Shown here: positions 29,950 to 39,957 of the stretch, in pieces | Layout of the letters: every line of letters begins with the position of its first letter | Position numbering within the stretch: the stretch's first letter is position 1 | Assembly: GCA_038231275.1 (NCBI GenBank) | Contig: JBBRLQ010000003.1 | Span: forward strand, 352,001 to 416,000 | Direction: 5' to 3' | Origin: Polyangiales bacterium | Lineage (GTDB): Bacteria; Myxococcota_A; Polyangia; Polyangiales; Polyangiaceae | Length of the DNA stretch: 64,000 bases | The notes under the pieces: model-generated | What the model was told of the DNA's origin: nothing | Database searches by the model: none | The model's input: the letters and a program-made list of their open reading frames with translations, nothing else | Position numbers and translations under genes: made by a program

Positions 29950-31515
29950 CTACTTCTTCGGATCTGCGGCCGTCGGAGCGGGCGCAGTGGTCGCGGGAGC
30001 CGGGGCCGGCGCCACCTTCGACCACGCGAAGAAGCTGACCGCGTCGCGGCGGTGGGTCTTCTGGAGCTGCTCGCGCGTCGCGGCCGCCCCGGTCTTGTCG
30101 CCAGATTTGTCCTGCGCCTTGGCGCGCTCGAGGCGGCAATAGTCGTCGAGCAGCGCGCATCCGGCGAGTGCGTCGACCGCTGCCTTCGCGTCTCCCTTGG
30201 CGAGCGCCGCCTCGCCGGTCGCGAGCGCGAGGAGGCCCTTCTGGTCCGCGTCCTCGCTCTTGCCGAGGAGCTCCTGCGTCGCCGCGAGCGCCTTGTCGGC
30301 GTCGGTCTTCTTGCCGAGCCGCGACTCCGCGACGAGCTCGTTCACGCGAAGGTACGACTTCAAGGCGATCTTGCGAGGCGCGGGGGCCTCCATCTTGTCG
30401 ATCTTCTCGCCGAGCGTGGCGAGGATCTTGAGGCCGTCGGCCTCTTTCTTCGTCTCGATGGCGACGCTCGCGCGCGTGAGCGTCGCGATGACGCCGGCGG
30501 CCTCGTCCTTCGACTTGGCGACCTCGGCGTCCCACGCATCGAGCGTCTTGGCGGCCTCTGCGGGCTTGCCCTGCGCGACCTGGCCCCAGACGATGTCACG
30601 GAAGGCCACGCCCTTGCCGTCGATCATCGGGGACTGATCGCGCATCTTGCCGAAGGCGTCGAAGGCGCCTGCCCAATCGCCTTTGTATAGGCGCGTCAGG
30701 CCGAGGCCGTCGTAGGCGCCGAGGAATTTCGGGTTGAGATCGATCGCGCGTTTGAACGCGCCCTCCGCCTCGTCGTACTTGCCGCTCATGAGGAGCGCCT
30801 CGGCGAGCGAGTCCTGCGCGTTCGCCTCTTTCGGCGAGAGCTCCGTGTACCGCTTGAAGTGGGCGATCGCGTCGTCCTGCTTGCCGGTATTGAGCTCGTT
30901 GTAGGCCATGTCGTTGTACGGAAGCCCAGAGGTCGGATCGAGCTCTGCGGCCCGCTTGAACGCCACCTGCGCCTCGTCGCGCTTGGCGAACGCGGTCAAC
31001 GCGCGGCCGTACAGGAGGTGCGCGGTCGAGGCACCTGCCGCGACCTCGGTCAGCTTCTTCCCGAGCTCGACGGCCTTCGCGTAGTCGCGCGAGGCGAAGG
31101 CTTGGGCGAGCTGCAAGTGCACGCGCTCCGCCTCGGGGAGCGCGGCGGCCAGTGCGACGGCGTCCGCGATCTTCTTGAGGCCCTCGGCGCCAGGCGTCGA
31201 CGCGCCCTCCATCGCCATCGCCGAGACGAACTTGGCGTCGAGCGCGGTGGCCTTCTTGAACTGATCGCGCGCCTCGTCGGCGTGGGCGTTGAGGAACTCG
31301 TCGAAGCCGAGCTTGTAGGCCTCGAGCGCCTGCGCGTTCGTGCTCGTCACCGGGATCTCCGACGCGATCTTCGCGGCGGCACCTACCGAGCTAATCGTGC
31401 CGGTGCCCACGGGCGTGGCGGCGGTCGCGTTTGCGTTCGGCGCGGGCTTGTTCGCGTCGGGTTTGTCGCAGCCCGCGGCGGCGAGCAAAAGGCTGATCGT
31501 CAGGATCGTTCTCAT
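29950..31515 (-). CDS. TPR-repeat lipoprotein
   Basis: Lipobox AAGC; multiple TPRs (ANAQDSLAEALLMSGKYDEAEGAFKRAIDLNP). Confidence 0.88.
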   Translation of the reverse strand: MRTILTISLLLAAAGCDKPDANKPAPNANATAATPVGTGTISSVGAAAKIASEIPVTSTNAQALEAYKLGFDEFLNAHADEARDQFKKATALDAKFVSAMAMEGASTPGAEGLKKIADAVALAAALPEAERVHLQLAQAFASRDYAKAVELGKKLTEVAAGASTAHLLYGRALTAFAKRDEAQVAFKRAAELDPTSGLPYNDMAYNELNTGKQDDAIAHFKRYTELSPKEANAQDSLAEALLMSGKYDEAEGAFKRAIDLNPKFLGAYDGLGLTRLYKGDWAGAFDAFGKMRDQSPMIDGKGVAFRDIVWGQVAQGKPAEAAKTLDAWDAEVAKSKDEAAGVIATLTRASVAIETKKEADGLKILATLGEKIDKMEAPAPRKIALKSYLRVNELVAESRLGKKTDADKALAATQELLGKSEDADQKGLLALATGEAALAKGDAKAAVDALAGCALLDDYCRLERAKAQDKSGDKTGAAATREQLQKTHRRDAVSFFAWSKVAPAPAPATTAPAPTAADPKK

Positions 31516-31631
31516 GATGATGGTCCCCCTTTCGGAACCGCGGAGCATAAGGAGGCCACGTCGCGAAACGCAACGGTCGCAGCGACAGGCCCACACGACG
31601 CGTCGATTGGACTATCTATTGGGGGAAATCG

Positions 31632-32579
31632 ATGAACGGCCCGCCCCATCGCAGCATCCTCGATCACATCGGCCGCACGCCGCTCGTCCCGCTCGAGAGG
31701 ATCGGACGCGGGCTGCCGGTCCCCGTGCTCGTGAAGTGCGAGCACCTGAATCCCGGCGGCAGCGTGAAGGATCGGCTGGCGCTCGCGATCGTCGACGACG
31801 CGGAGAAGCGCGGCGTGCTCCGTCCCGGCGCCACGCTCGTCGAGGCCACCGCGGGCAACACGGGGATGGGCCTCGCGATGATCGCCGCCGTCCGCGGGTA
31901 CCGGCTCGTGTGCGTGATGCCGGAAAAAATGTCGACGGACAAGCGTACGGCGCTCGCCGCGCTCGGCGCCAAGGTCATCATCACGAAGAATGCGTCGCCA
32001 GACAGCCCCGAAAATTTTCAGAACGTCGCGCGTCGCATGGCGCGCGAGGAGGGCTGGTTCCTCACCGACCAGTTCGAGAGCCTCGCGAACGCGCGCATCC
32101 ACGAAGAGACGACGGGCCCAGAAATCCTCGAACAAGCGGGCGGCATCGTCGGCGCCTTCGTCGCGGGCGCGGGGACCGGTGGCACCATCACGGGCGTCGG
32201 TCGCTTCCTGAAGGCGCGCGTGCCTGGCGTGCGCATCGTGCTCGCCGATCCCGTCGGCTCCGGACTCGCGCGGTGGGTCGTGGACGGCGTCGTCGGCCCG
32301 GATGCCGCGTACGCCGTCGAAGGAATCGGGACCAGCAAGCCGCCTGCGATCCTCGATCGCGCGGTGATCGACGCGTCGGAGAGCGTGTCCGACGACGAGA
32401 GCTTCGCGATGACGCGGAGGCTCTGGCTCGAAGAGGGGCTCTTCGTGGGCGGCTCCAGCGGAACGGCGGTCGTCGCAGCGCTCCGTGTCGCCGCCGCGCC
32501 TGGCATCGCCGGTCCGGTCGTCGCGTTGCTTCCCGATTCGTGGGACCGCTACCTGTCGAAGGGCTGGGTCGCGGGGTGA
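31632..32579 (+). CDS. PLP-dependent cysteine synthase / cystathionine beta-synthase family
   Basis: IGRTPLV, KCEHLNPGGSVKDR, EATAGNTG, GAGTGGT, VEGIG, GGSSG. Confidence 0.92.
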   Translation: MNGPPHRSILDHIGRTPLVPLERIGRGLPVPVLVKCEHLNPGGSVKDRLALAIVDDAEKRGVLRPGATLVEATAGNTGMGLAMIAAVRGYRLVCVMPEKMSTDKRTALAALGAKVIITKNASPDSPENFQNVARRMAREEGWFLTDQFESLANARIHEETTGPEILEQAGGIVGAFVAGAGTGGTITGVGRFLKARVPGVRIVLADPVGSGLARWVVDGVVGPDAAYAVEGIGTSKPPAILDRAVIDASESVSDDESFAMTRRLWLEEGLFVGGSSGTAVVAALRVAAAPGIAGPVVALLPDSWDRYLSKGWVAG

Positions 32580-32595
32580 AGGGTGAAGGAGGGCG

Positions 32596-33150
32596 CTACG
32601 GCTTCTCGAGCTCGCTGAGGATGAACGCGCGCGCCTTGCGCCAGTCGCGCCGCACCGTTCGAACGTCGACGTCGAGCGCCCGCGCGATCTCGTCCTCCGC
32701 GAAGCCCGCGAAGAATCGCCACTCGACGACCCTCGCGAGGCGTTCGTCGAGCGCGGCGAGGCGGGTCAGGATCGCGTCGATCGCGAGGAGCTCCTCGACG
32801 TTCGACTCTTGGCCCACCGCGTCGAGCGCCGACCCCGTCGCCGGCAGCGGGCCACGCTTCTGCGCGTGGCGTCGCCGCGCGTGGTCCACGAGGATCTGGC
32901 GCATCGCGGTCGCCGCGACGGCGTAGAAGTGCGCGCGCCCCTGAAAATCCGGCGCTCCGTGAACGAGCTTGAGCCACGCCTCGTGCACGAGCGCCGTCGT
33001 GTGGAGCGTGTTGCCGCCGCTCCGCTCCAGATGCCGATGCGCGAGCGCGCGCAGCGTGTCGTACACCGCCGAGAACGCCTCGTCCGCGCCCGCGGCGTCT
33101 CCCGCAGCCGCGCGCGTGAGGAGCGGCGCGAGATCTACGGGCGCCGTCAC
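32596..33150 (-). CDS. ECF sigma factor (TIGR02999-like, kinase-associated type)
   Basis: VYDTLRALA, TLHTTALVHEAWLKL, AMRQILVDHAR, VVEWRFFAG, TVRRDWRKARAF. Confidence 0.9.
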   Translation of the reverse strand: MTAPVDLAPLLTRAAAGDAAGADEAFSAVYDTLRALAHRHLERSGGNTLHTTALVHEAWLKLVHGAPDFQGRAHFYAVAATAMRQILVDHARRRHAQKRGPLPATGSALDAVGQESNVEELLAIDAILTRLAALDERLARVVEWRFFAGFAEDEIARALDVDVRTVRRDWRKARAFILSELEKP

Positions 33151-33272
33151 ACGAGGAATCGTACCAGAACCGACACGGCCCATGTCCTGTCGCGCCGCCC
33201 CTTTGCGTTTAAGGGGGGTAGAGCCGACGTCCGGCTTTCGACAACGTCTCGGGAACGAGGAGGGCTTACGTC

Positions 33273-34523
33273 ATGAAGCTTCGAGGGTTTGGACTTTCGG
33301 TGGGGCTCCTGGCTGCGCTGCCTCTGGCGTGCTCCAGCACGACCAACAACGTCACGAACACCGTCGATGCCGGCGGTGGGGGAGACGGCGGCGGCGGCGG
33401 CGGAGACAGCGGCGGCGACACCGGCACGACAGGGGATGGAGGAGCGACCGGCCCGCTGCCGTTCAAGCCCTCCAACATCGACCTCGGCGGCTGGGATCTC
33501 TCGCAAGTCGGCGACGTCGATCTGAGCGGGACCAACTGCGTCCTCGACAGCGAGCAACCCGACGGCCTGGTCGCCGTTCTTTGCGACACGCCTTTCACGA
33601 ACAAGGTGGTCCACAAGATCGTGACGCTCTCCGATCAGACGCGCCTCTCCGTCTTCGTCATGAAGTCGCTGCGCGTCGAGGCGTCGACCGTGTTTTCGTT
33701 CAGCCGCGGTCACCTCCCGGTCGTTCTCGTCGCGCTGCAGACCGTCGAGCTGCTCGGTTCGATCGACGTCGCGCCCGGCACGACCGGCGGCGCGTTCAAC
33801 ACCGGCGGGGTGAAGGACATCAAGGGCTCCGGTCCAGGAGGCGGCACGGGCGGCGACACCACCGGCCTCGCAGGCGGCGGCGCGTCGTACTGCGGCTCCG
33901 GGGGAAAAGCCGGGACCGCGACGCCTGCGGGGACCCCGCCTCCGTCGCCGACCGCCACGTACGGATCTCCGGAGATCGTCCCGCTCCTCCCTGGATCCGC
34001 GGGAGGGAGCGGCGCGCTCACCGACGACACCGCCAGCGGCGGCGGCGCCGTCCAGATCGTGGCCGGCGTTTCGTTCGCGCTTCATACCGGCGGCTTCGTC
34101 AACGCGGGCGGCGGCGGCGGCGCGTTTGGCGGTCTCGGCACCGACGGCGCAGGCGGGGGCGGCAGCGGAGGCGCGATCCTCGTCGAGTCGCCGACGGTCA
34201 CGATCGAGGGAAAAATCGCGGCAAACGGCGGCGGTGGCGGTCAGGGAAACGGCGACACGGGAGAGTCCGGTCACATCGACGTCGTCGCGCAAGGCGGACA
34301 CAAGACGACGGGCACGGTCGGAGCTCCGGGCGGAAGCGGCTCGTTCGCGGCGACCTTGAGCGGTAGCGACGGACCTTCCTCGGCGACGACCAGCGCGGGC
34401 GGTGGTGGCGGCGGCGCGGGCCGCATCCGCATCAACACGACGAGCGGCGCCGCTACGATCAGCGGCGCCGCGTCACCGGCGGTCGCCTCCGCGTGCTTGA
34501 CTCAGGGCAAGCTCGCGAAGTGA
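33273..34523 (+). CDS. Gly-rich lipoprotein
   Basis: Lipobox PLAC; GGGAVQI, GGGSGGAILVE, GGGGAGRIRIN glycine-rich repeats; strong RBS. Confidence 0.85.
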   Translation: MKLRGFGLSVGLLAALPLACSSTTNNVTNTVDAGGGGDGGGGGGDSGGDTGTTGDGGATGPLPFKPSNIDLGGWDLSQVGDVDLSGTNCVLDSEQPDGLVAVLCDTPFTNKVVHKIVTLSDQTRLSVFVMKSLRVEASTVFSFSRGHLPVVLVALQTVELLGSIDVAPGTTGGAFNTGGVKDIKGSGPGGGTGGDTTGLAGGGASYCGSGGKAGTATPAGTPPPSPTATYGSPEIVPLLPGSAGGSGALTDDTASGGGAVQIVAGVSFALHTGGFVNAGGGGGAFGGLGTDGAGGGGSGGAILVESPTVTIEGKIAANGGGGGQGNGDTGESGHIDVVAQGGHKTTGTVGAPGGSGSFAATLSGSDGPSSATTSAGGGGGGAGRIRINTTSGAATISGAASPAVASACLTQGKLAK

Positions 34524-34572
34524 CCGCGGCGCGCGGCGCGGAGGCTGACGGAGCCGAAGCTCAGTGCGCTTC

Positions 34573-36381
34573 TCAGTGTGCTTGCAGGTAGGTCGCGATG
34601 GCGGTGGCGGCGGCCCCACGCTTCGGGTCGCTGCTGCCGCGCTCCTTCTGGACCTCGGCGAGGACGGTCGCCTTCGCGTCCGAGGAGGTCGGGTCGTCGC
34701 CCTGGCAGTTGCGCATGATCTCGAAGGCGTCGAAGAGGACTTCGTTCAAGTCGGCGTCGGCGACGCCGGCGACGGTCGCGTCGAGGAGCTCACGGGCATG
34801 CGCGGAGTCGAGGCTGTAGGCGCGGACGACCACGGACAGGCCGCTGGCGCGGTCGGCGCCGTGCTGACCGGAGCCCACCTTGTGGAAGAGATCCGGCGAC
34901 GAGCGGCCGAGCCACTGAATCGTCTCGGGCGCGAGTCCTGCGCCAGGGTTCTTCCCGGCGGTGGGCGATGCGCCGAACGCCGTGATGACCTTACCCGCCT
35001 TGCGGTCGAGGCCGCTGAACGCTGCGACCGTCGCCTCGTCGAGACCGGACGCGGTGAGCAGGCCGGGGAGCTCCTGCGCCTCCATGTCGTGGCGCTTCAC
35101 CGTGTTGAGGTGGTCGATGTAGAGGTCGATGAGCACCGCGAAGACCGCGAGCGCCGGTCCGATGAACGGGTTCGAGATGGTCACGATGCCGAGGACGCCC
35201 GAGGCGATGCCGGCGAAGTCGCTGAAGATCTTGAGGACCGTGGCCTCGTCGGCGCCGTGCGCGTCGATCGCGCCCTTGATGTCCTTGATGGTGTCGATCG
35301 TGCCGACGATGATGCCCACCGCCGAGGCCATCTTGCCGGCGAACTTCGCGATGTCACCGAGCTGAAGCGAGTCCTTGCCGGAGATGATGCCGCGGATGCT
35401 GTTGGTCGCCTCGGCGAGGCCGCCCACAGCGTCGGGACCCGACTCGAGCAAGCTCACGAACGCGTCCATGTCGCCGGCCTTGAAGGCCTTGAGGTCGAGG
35501 CCCGCGCGCCAGAGGCCGAGGATGGCGTTGGTCGCCTGGATGGCGATCGAGACGTTCGCGGCGTCGGCCTCGAGCTTCGGGTGCCTCAGGTTGCCGTCCG
35601 CGTCGAGCATCGCCGAGAGGCGGATGTCCGCCAGGCCCACGACCTGGTTGATCGCGTCGATCTGATCGCGCAGCGTGGTGAGCTTGTCCGGATCGTTCAG
35701 GATGTCGAGCATCGGCGCGAGCTTCTCCTTCACGGCCGCCTGCGCGGTCGCGGCGTCGTCCGACTTCGCGAGCTCCATCGCCATCGTCTTCGGCAGCGCC
35801 GGCGCGATGATGTCCTTCATCACGTCCTTCGCCGACTTGTGGAAGCCGTCGAGGGTGAGACCGGACTTCGTGTACGCCGCGTCGGCCGCGATGAGCTTGG
35901 CGCCGAACTCGAGCGCGTAGCCGGACACCGGCGAGTGCGCGAGCAGCCCCATGTCGCGGTAGATCTGCTTGTAGCCGACCTCGCCCTTGGACACCCAGAG
36001 GCGGCCGCCCTTCATGGCCTGCTGCGTCTTGTCGGAGTCCTTGAGCAGAGTCTTGAGCGCCGTCTCGAGCGCGAGCGCGCTGGCGTTCTGGCTGTCGTGC
36101 GCTTCCTTCACGTCGGGGATGAGCCCGAACGAGTCGGAGTACTTTTGCTGCTGCGCGTCGTTCAGGACGGCGCCGACGAGCTGCATCTCCTCGGAGAGGC
36201 GACGATCGACCTCGTCGACCGCTTCGTTGGCGGCGGCGAGATTCGTGACCGCTTTGGTGATCTCCGGAGCGGAGACGACCGCGTCCTCGGTGCCGTCGAC
36301 CGCCGAGGCGTCACCCGCCGAGCAGCCGCCGATGAAGCACGCACCCGCAACAAGAACCGCCCAGAGGTTTGCTTTGCGCAT
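34573..36381 (-). CDS. Helical lipoprotein with internal hydrophobic hairpin
   Basis: Lipobox IGGC; hydrophobic FAGIASGVLGIVTISNPFIGPALAVFAVLIDLYI. Confidence 0.8.
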   Translation of the reverse strand: MRKANLWAVLVAGACFIGGCSAGDASAVDGTEDAVVSAPEITKAVTNLAAANEAVDEVDRRLSEEMQLVGAVLNDAQQQKYSDSFGLIPDVKEAHDSQNASALALETALKTLLKDSDKTQQAMKGGRLWVSKGEVGYKQIYRDMGLLAHSPVSGYALEFGAKLIAADAAYTKSGLTLDGFHKSAKDVMKDIIAPALPKTMAMELAKSDDAATAQAAVKEKLAPMLDILNDPDKLTTLRDQIDAINQVVGLADIRLSAMLDADGNLRHPKLEADAANVSIAIQATNAILGLWRAGLDLKAFKAGDMDAFVSLLESGPDAVGGLAEATNSIRGIISGKDSLQLGDIAKFAGKMASAVGIIVGTIDTIKDIKGAIDAHGADEATVLKIFSDFAGIASGVLGIVTISNPFIGPALAVFAVLIDLYIDHLNTVKRHDMEAQELPGLLTASGLDEATVAAFSGLDRKAGKVITAFGASPTAGKNPGAGLAPETIQWLGRSSPDLFHKVGSGQHGADRASGLSVVVRAYSLDSAHARELLDATVAGVADADLNEVLFDAFEIMRNCQGDDPTSSDAKATVLAEVQKERGSSDPKRGAAATAIATYLQAH

Positions 36382-36393
36382 GCGACTACATGT

Positions 36394-36409
36394 AGCCACA
36401 TGTGTGCCA
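36394..36409 (-). promoter_or_regulatory. Sigma54 promoter, 12 nt before ATG
   Basis: TGGCACACATGTGGCT. Confidence 0.7.
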
Positions 36410-36426
36410 AAGACCGCACTGTGAAA

Positions 36427-36439
36427 TATCAAAGAGTTG
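36427..36439 (+). promoter_or_regulatory. IHF site
   Basis: TATCAA-AGAG-TTG matches WATCAANNNNTTR, just upstream of a sigma54 promoter. Confidence 0.6.
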
Positions 36440-36557
36440 TATGGCGTCCTGTCCCGGTTGGCGTCCGGCGCGGCTGGATCATTCTGACCACACGCCCCGT
36501 CCGGGAAGGAACCTCGGGGTGGTCCCTCGACTCGGGGCGGTTGCTAGACTGGAGGAG

Positions 36558-37157
36558 ATGTTCGCGCCGGGGGAGAGTCCGTTTCGGGCGAAGGGGACGA
36601 TCTACCAAGGGCTCGTCGCCTCGACGGACGCGCGTTGCCCGGGCGGCACGGCGGCGGTCATCGAAGCGCTGGACGACGACGCGCTCCGCGCCTTCTACGG
36701 GCAGCAGTTCCTCGCCGCGAGCTGGTACGACCTCCTCCCGCTGATCCCCTTTAGCCACACGGCGGCGCGCGTCGCCGGCATCGCGCACCTGGCGTATGCC
36801 AAGGAGGGGGCGCGCTTCCATGCGGTGCGCGACATCAACGGCGTGCATCGCTTCTTCTTGAAGCTCGCGTCGCCGAAGATGGTCGCCGTGCGCCTCCCTC
36901 GCCTGATGATGCAGTACTTCAATTTTGGGCGCGCAGAGGGGCAGGCGACGGGCGAGAAATCCTTCGAGGTCATCGGGCGTGCGATCCCCGAGCCGGTGTG
37001 CGCCTGGTTCGTCACGGTCATCGAGGGGTTCGTGCCGGCGGCGATGCAACACGCAGGCGCCCGCAGCATCGTCGCGCGCACCGATCCGCCGGAGCCCGAC
37101 GGCTTCGCGCATGGTGTGCCCCTCGTTCGCTCGCGCCTCGCGCTGACGTGGACCTGA
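36558..37157 (+). CDS. Myxobacterial conserved hypothetical protein (DUF2378/TIGR02265-like)
   Basis: RAKGTIY, FLAASWYD, INGVHRFFLKLASP, YFNFG. Confidence 0.6.
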   Translation: MFAPGESPFRAKGTIYQGLVASTDARCPGGTAAVIEALDDDALRAFYGQQFLAASWYDLLPLIPFSHTAARVAGIAHLAYAKEGARFHAVRDINGVHRFFLKLASPKMVAVRLPRLMMQYFNFGRAEGQATGEKSFEVIGRAIPEPVCAWFVTVIEGFVPAAMQHAGARSIVARTDPPEPDGFAHGVPLVRSRLALTWT

Positions 37158-37203
37158 ACGAGCGCCAGGGTAGGGTTCCCGATCCTCCGGTATGCTCTCG
37201 CGC

Positions 37204-38478
37204 ATGCGCGCCCGCCTCGCTACGCCGGACGACGCCGCCGCCATCGCGGGCGTCTACAACGAGGCGATCGCCGAGCGCGCGGCGACGTTCGAGACGCGCT
37301 CGCACGGCGTGGCGGAGATCCGCGCGTGGTTCGATCCGAGCCGCCCCATCGTGCTCGTCGAGGACGACGCGGGGAGCGCGATCGCGTTTGCGGCGACGAG
37401 CGCGTACGGCGCGAACGAATGCTACGCCGGGGTGTCCGAGCTTCGCGTGTTCACCGCGCGCGCCCACCGCCGAAGGGGAGCCGGCAAGCTCGCGCTCCGC
37501 GAAGTCGCGCTTCATGCACGCGCGGCAGGCTCATGGAAGCTCGTGTGTCACGTCCTCGTCGGCAACGCGGCATGCGCGGCGCTCTTGCGCTCTCTCGGGT
37601 ACCGAGAAGTGGGCACCTACCTGCGTCACGGAAAGCTCGAAGGGAGTTGGCGCGACGTGCTCGTCGCCGAAAAATTCCTGGCGCCGGTCGGTGGAGAGGC
37701 GAGGCCTGCGCCACCCAGTCGGCCCGCGCGCGACAGCGTGATCGAGCTCCTCCGTGATGAGCGTCCCGACGCGCACGGCGCCGCGGTGGACGCGGCGATG
37801 GCGCTCCTCGAGGCGCAGCGCCTCCCCGACGACGAGATGGTCGACGCCGCGCTCGACGCATTCTTCTCGGCCCACGCGCACGATCCCGCGAGCCGTTCGC
37901 GCTTCGTCCGGCTGTTTCGGGCGTACGCGTCGCTGTCGGCGGCCGCGGCGCGGCGCCTCGCGGATGGGATGTTCGCGCGCCTCGGCCGCATGTCGGTCGC
38001 GCTCGACATCACGTCGTTCTACGAGGCGCTCTACGTCGTGAAGCAGACGGTGGGACCTCACGTGGCTGCGCTGGCGGGGCGCGCGCCGGACCTCGCCGAG
38101 TGGATCAAGTTGGTGACGGAGATGCCGCCCGAGTCGCGAGGCCGTATCAGCCCCGCGAACGTGACGAGCCTCCTCATGTCCCTCGCGCTCGCCGCGGCCG
38201 AGACGGACGCGCAGAAGAAGGAGCTCACGGAGCTCGCCGCCGGCGCGAGCGCGAGGCACCGCGTGTCGCCGCCGTCGTCGATCCGGCCTCCGGCCTCAGG
38301 CCCGTCGCCCCCGCCTCCACCGGCGCCGGAGCCGGCTCCCGCGCCGGGGCCCGAGGCCGCGCCCGAGCCCGAGCCGAGCGCGGCGCAAGGACGCCGGCGA
38401 AAAGCGGCGACGCCGGGCAAGCCGCGCGCGAAGCCTCGTGCGGCGAAGCCCTCGAAGCGCGCGGCACCCAAGCCCTGA
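37204..38478 (+). CDS. Phosphinothricin/ArsN-type GNAT fused to a helical domain and Pro/basic tail
   Basis: RLATPDDAAAIAGVYNEAIAERAATFET...LGYREVGTYLRHGKLEGSWRDV, followed by about 250 extra aa. Confidence 0.8.
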   Translation: MRARLATPDDAAAIAGVYNEAIAERAATFETRSHGVAEIRAWFDPSRPIVLVEDDAGSAIAFAATSAYGANECYAGVSELRVFTARAHRRRGAGKLALREVALHARAAGSWKLVCHVLVGNAACAALLRSLGYREVGTYLRHGKLEGSWRDVLVAEKFLAPVGGEARPAPPSRPARDSVIELLRDERPDAHGAAVDAAMALLEAQRLPDDEMVDAALDAFFSAHAHDPASRSRFVRLFRAYASLSAAAARRLADGMFARLGRMSVALDITSFYEALYVVKQTVGPHVAALAGRAPDLAEWIKLVTEMPPESRGRISPANVTSLLMSLALAAAETDAQKKELTELAAGASARHRVSPPSSIRPPASGPSPPPPPAPEPAPAPGPEAAPEPEPSAAQGRRRKAATPGKPRAKPRAAKPSKRAAPKP

Positions 38479-38484
38479 CCTATT

Positions 38485-39798
38485 TCACGGGCACGTGTGG
38501 CTCGAGCACGCCGAGTACGCGTCGAGGCACTTTGCGAGCACGCAGGTCTGGCACGTGGACGGATCCGTGCACTCCGTCTTGCAGTTCTTTTGCACACAAT
38601 CGAGCATCCCGAAGAGCGGGCTCGACGCGCTCGCGCACGAGTCGACGATGCACTTCTGAAAGTTCGGACCGACGTCGATCTGCCCGTCGTGCGGGTTCGG
38701 CGCCTCCGTCGGATCCTTGCCGAGGACGTTCTGGACGCACGTCAGCGTGGTGCCGCACGTGGCGGTGCCGGTGCCGAAGCCGTCGCCGAACCCTTCGAGC
38801 TCGCCTTGCGGCGTCAGCACAGGGTTCTGGATGCAGTTCTCGAAGAGAGCCTGCTTCCGCGCCTCGACGACCGGGTAGTAGTAGGCGATCGTCATGCACA
38901 TCTCCTTGTCGCCCTTGAACTGACCCTGCACCACCATCGGATGCTCGTCGCCCGTGTAGTGGCAGACGGTGCGGAGGTACTGCCCTTTGCCGACCTTCAC
39001 CGGATCGTTCTTGATCAGCGGGAGATCCCAGTTGGTGCTGGTCAGAAGCGGCGTCGTGGAGGGCGCACCGTCGGCGCCGTCGAGGAACGTCTCGACCTTC
39101 GTGCCGCGCGAGTGCTCGTGCGTGGTCGTGCGGACCAGCGTGATGTCCTGGGGGACCTTGCAACGCATCTGCGCGACCGCGTCGGTGTGCGCGGGGACCA
39201 CGATATACGGATCGTAGAACTGGACGAGGCCGAGGCGGTCTTTCACCGCCGCGGGATCCGCGATGGTCATCGTCACATCCAGCTGGGTCGAAATCGGCGA
39301 CGCGGTCGTGTTGATCGCGTGCGTCTGGAAGAGCACCACCTCCTCCGACTTGAACGGGAAGGCGGTGGTCGCCGGGAAGTCGATGGTCCCCGTGGGCTCG
39401 CCCTGCAAGAACGCCGACGAGAACTGCGCATACTTCATCGCCCCGGCCGGCGCGAAACAGTCGAACGGCGTGTCGAGCGGAAGCTCCGCGACCGGCGCGC
39501 TCTCGACGAGGCGGTAAAGGCCCCAGTGGTGCGCCGCCTTCCAAGACCACGCGACGCCGGAGACGAGGACCTCGCCCGTCGCGCTCTTGGGCATCTTCTT
39601 GTACTCGCACCAGTGCGTCTCCTGCGACGGCGCGGTCGTGTAGCGGAGGGCATACGTGGAGCCGGCGGTGGTCGGCCCCGCCTCGGTGACCCCGGCGTCG
39701 GCGGGCGTGGCACCCCCCGGACTGGACGTCGACGAGCACGCGGCGGCGGCGATCGAAGCGGAAAGACACACGAAAAAGAGCGACGACCTGAGGAACAT
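38485..39798 (-). CDS. Copper type II ascorbate-dependent monooxygenase-like lipoprotein
   Basis: Lipobox AAAC; Cu ligands AHHW, QTHAIN, THEHSRG, EMCM; Cys-rich tail. Confidence 0.75.
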   Translation of the reverse strand: MFLRSSLFFVCLSASIAAAACSSTSSPGGATPADAGVTEAGPTTAGSTYALRYTTAPSQETHWCEYKKMPKSATGEVLVSGVAWSWKAAHHWGLYRLVESAPVAELPLDTPFDCFAPAGAMKYAQFSSAFLQGEPTGTIDFPATTAFPFKSEEVVLFQTHAINTTASPISTQLDVTMTIADPAAVKDRLGLVQFYDPYIVVPAHTDAVAQMRCKVPQDITLVRTTTHEHSRGTKVETFLDGADGAPSTTPLLTSTNWDLPLIKNDPVKVGKGQYLRTVCHYTGDEHPMVVQGQFKGDKEMCMTIAYYYPVVEARKQALFENCIQNPVLTPQGELEGFGDGFGTGTATCGTTLTCVQNVLGKDPTEAPNPHDGQIDVGPNFQKCIVDSCASASSPLFGMLDCVQKNCKTECTDPSTCQTCVLAKCLDAYSACSSHTCP

Positions 39799-39816
39799 GC
39801 GAAGACCTCCCTGTTA

Positions 39817-39935
39817 ATCTTAACGTCGTTCAGACGTACGTAAGGTACCATCTGAACGTCGTCAAGATAGGGGAGATCAAAAATCTCGATCCGGGCACAA
39901 ATGTAGCCAAAGTGTGAACTTGACTGCGTAAAGCT
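39817..39935. promoter_or_regulatory. Three palindromic TetR-type operators
   Basis: ATCTTAACGTCGTTCAGAC (39817-35), ATCTGAACGTCGTCAAGAT (39850-68), AACTTGACTGCGTAAAGCT (39917-35). Confidence 0.7.
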
Positions 39936-39957
39936 GCGGCTGGAGACTTGGAGAGGC

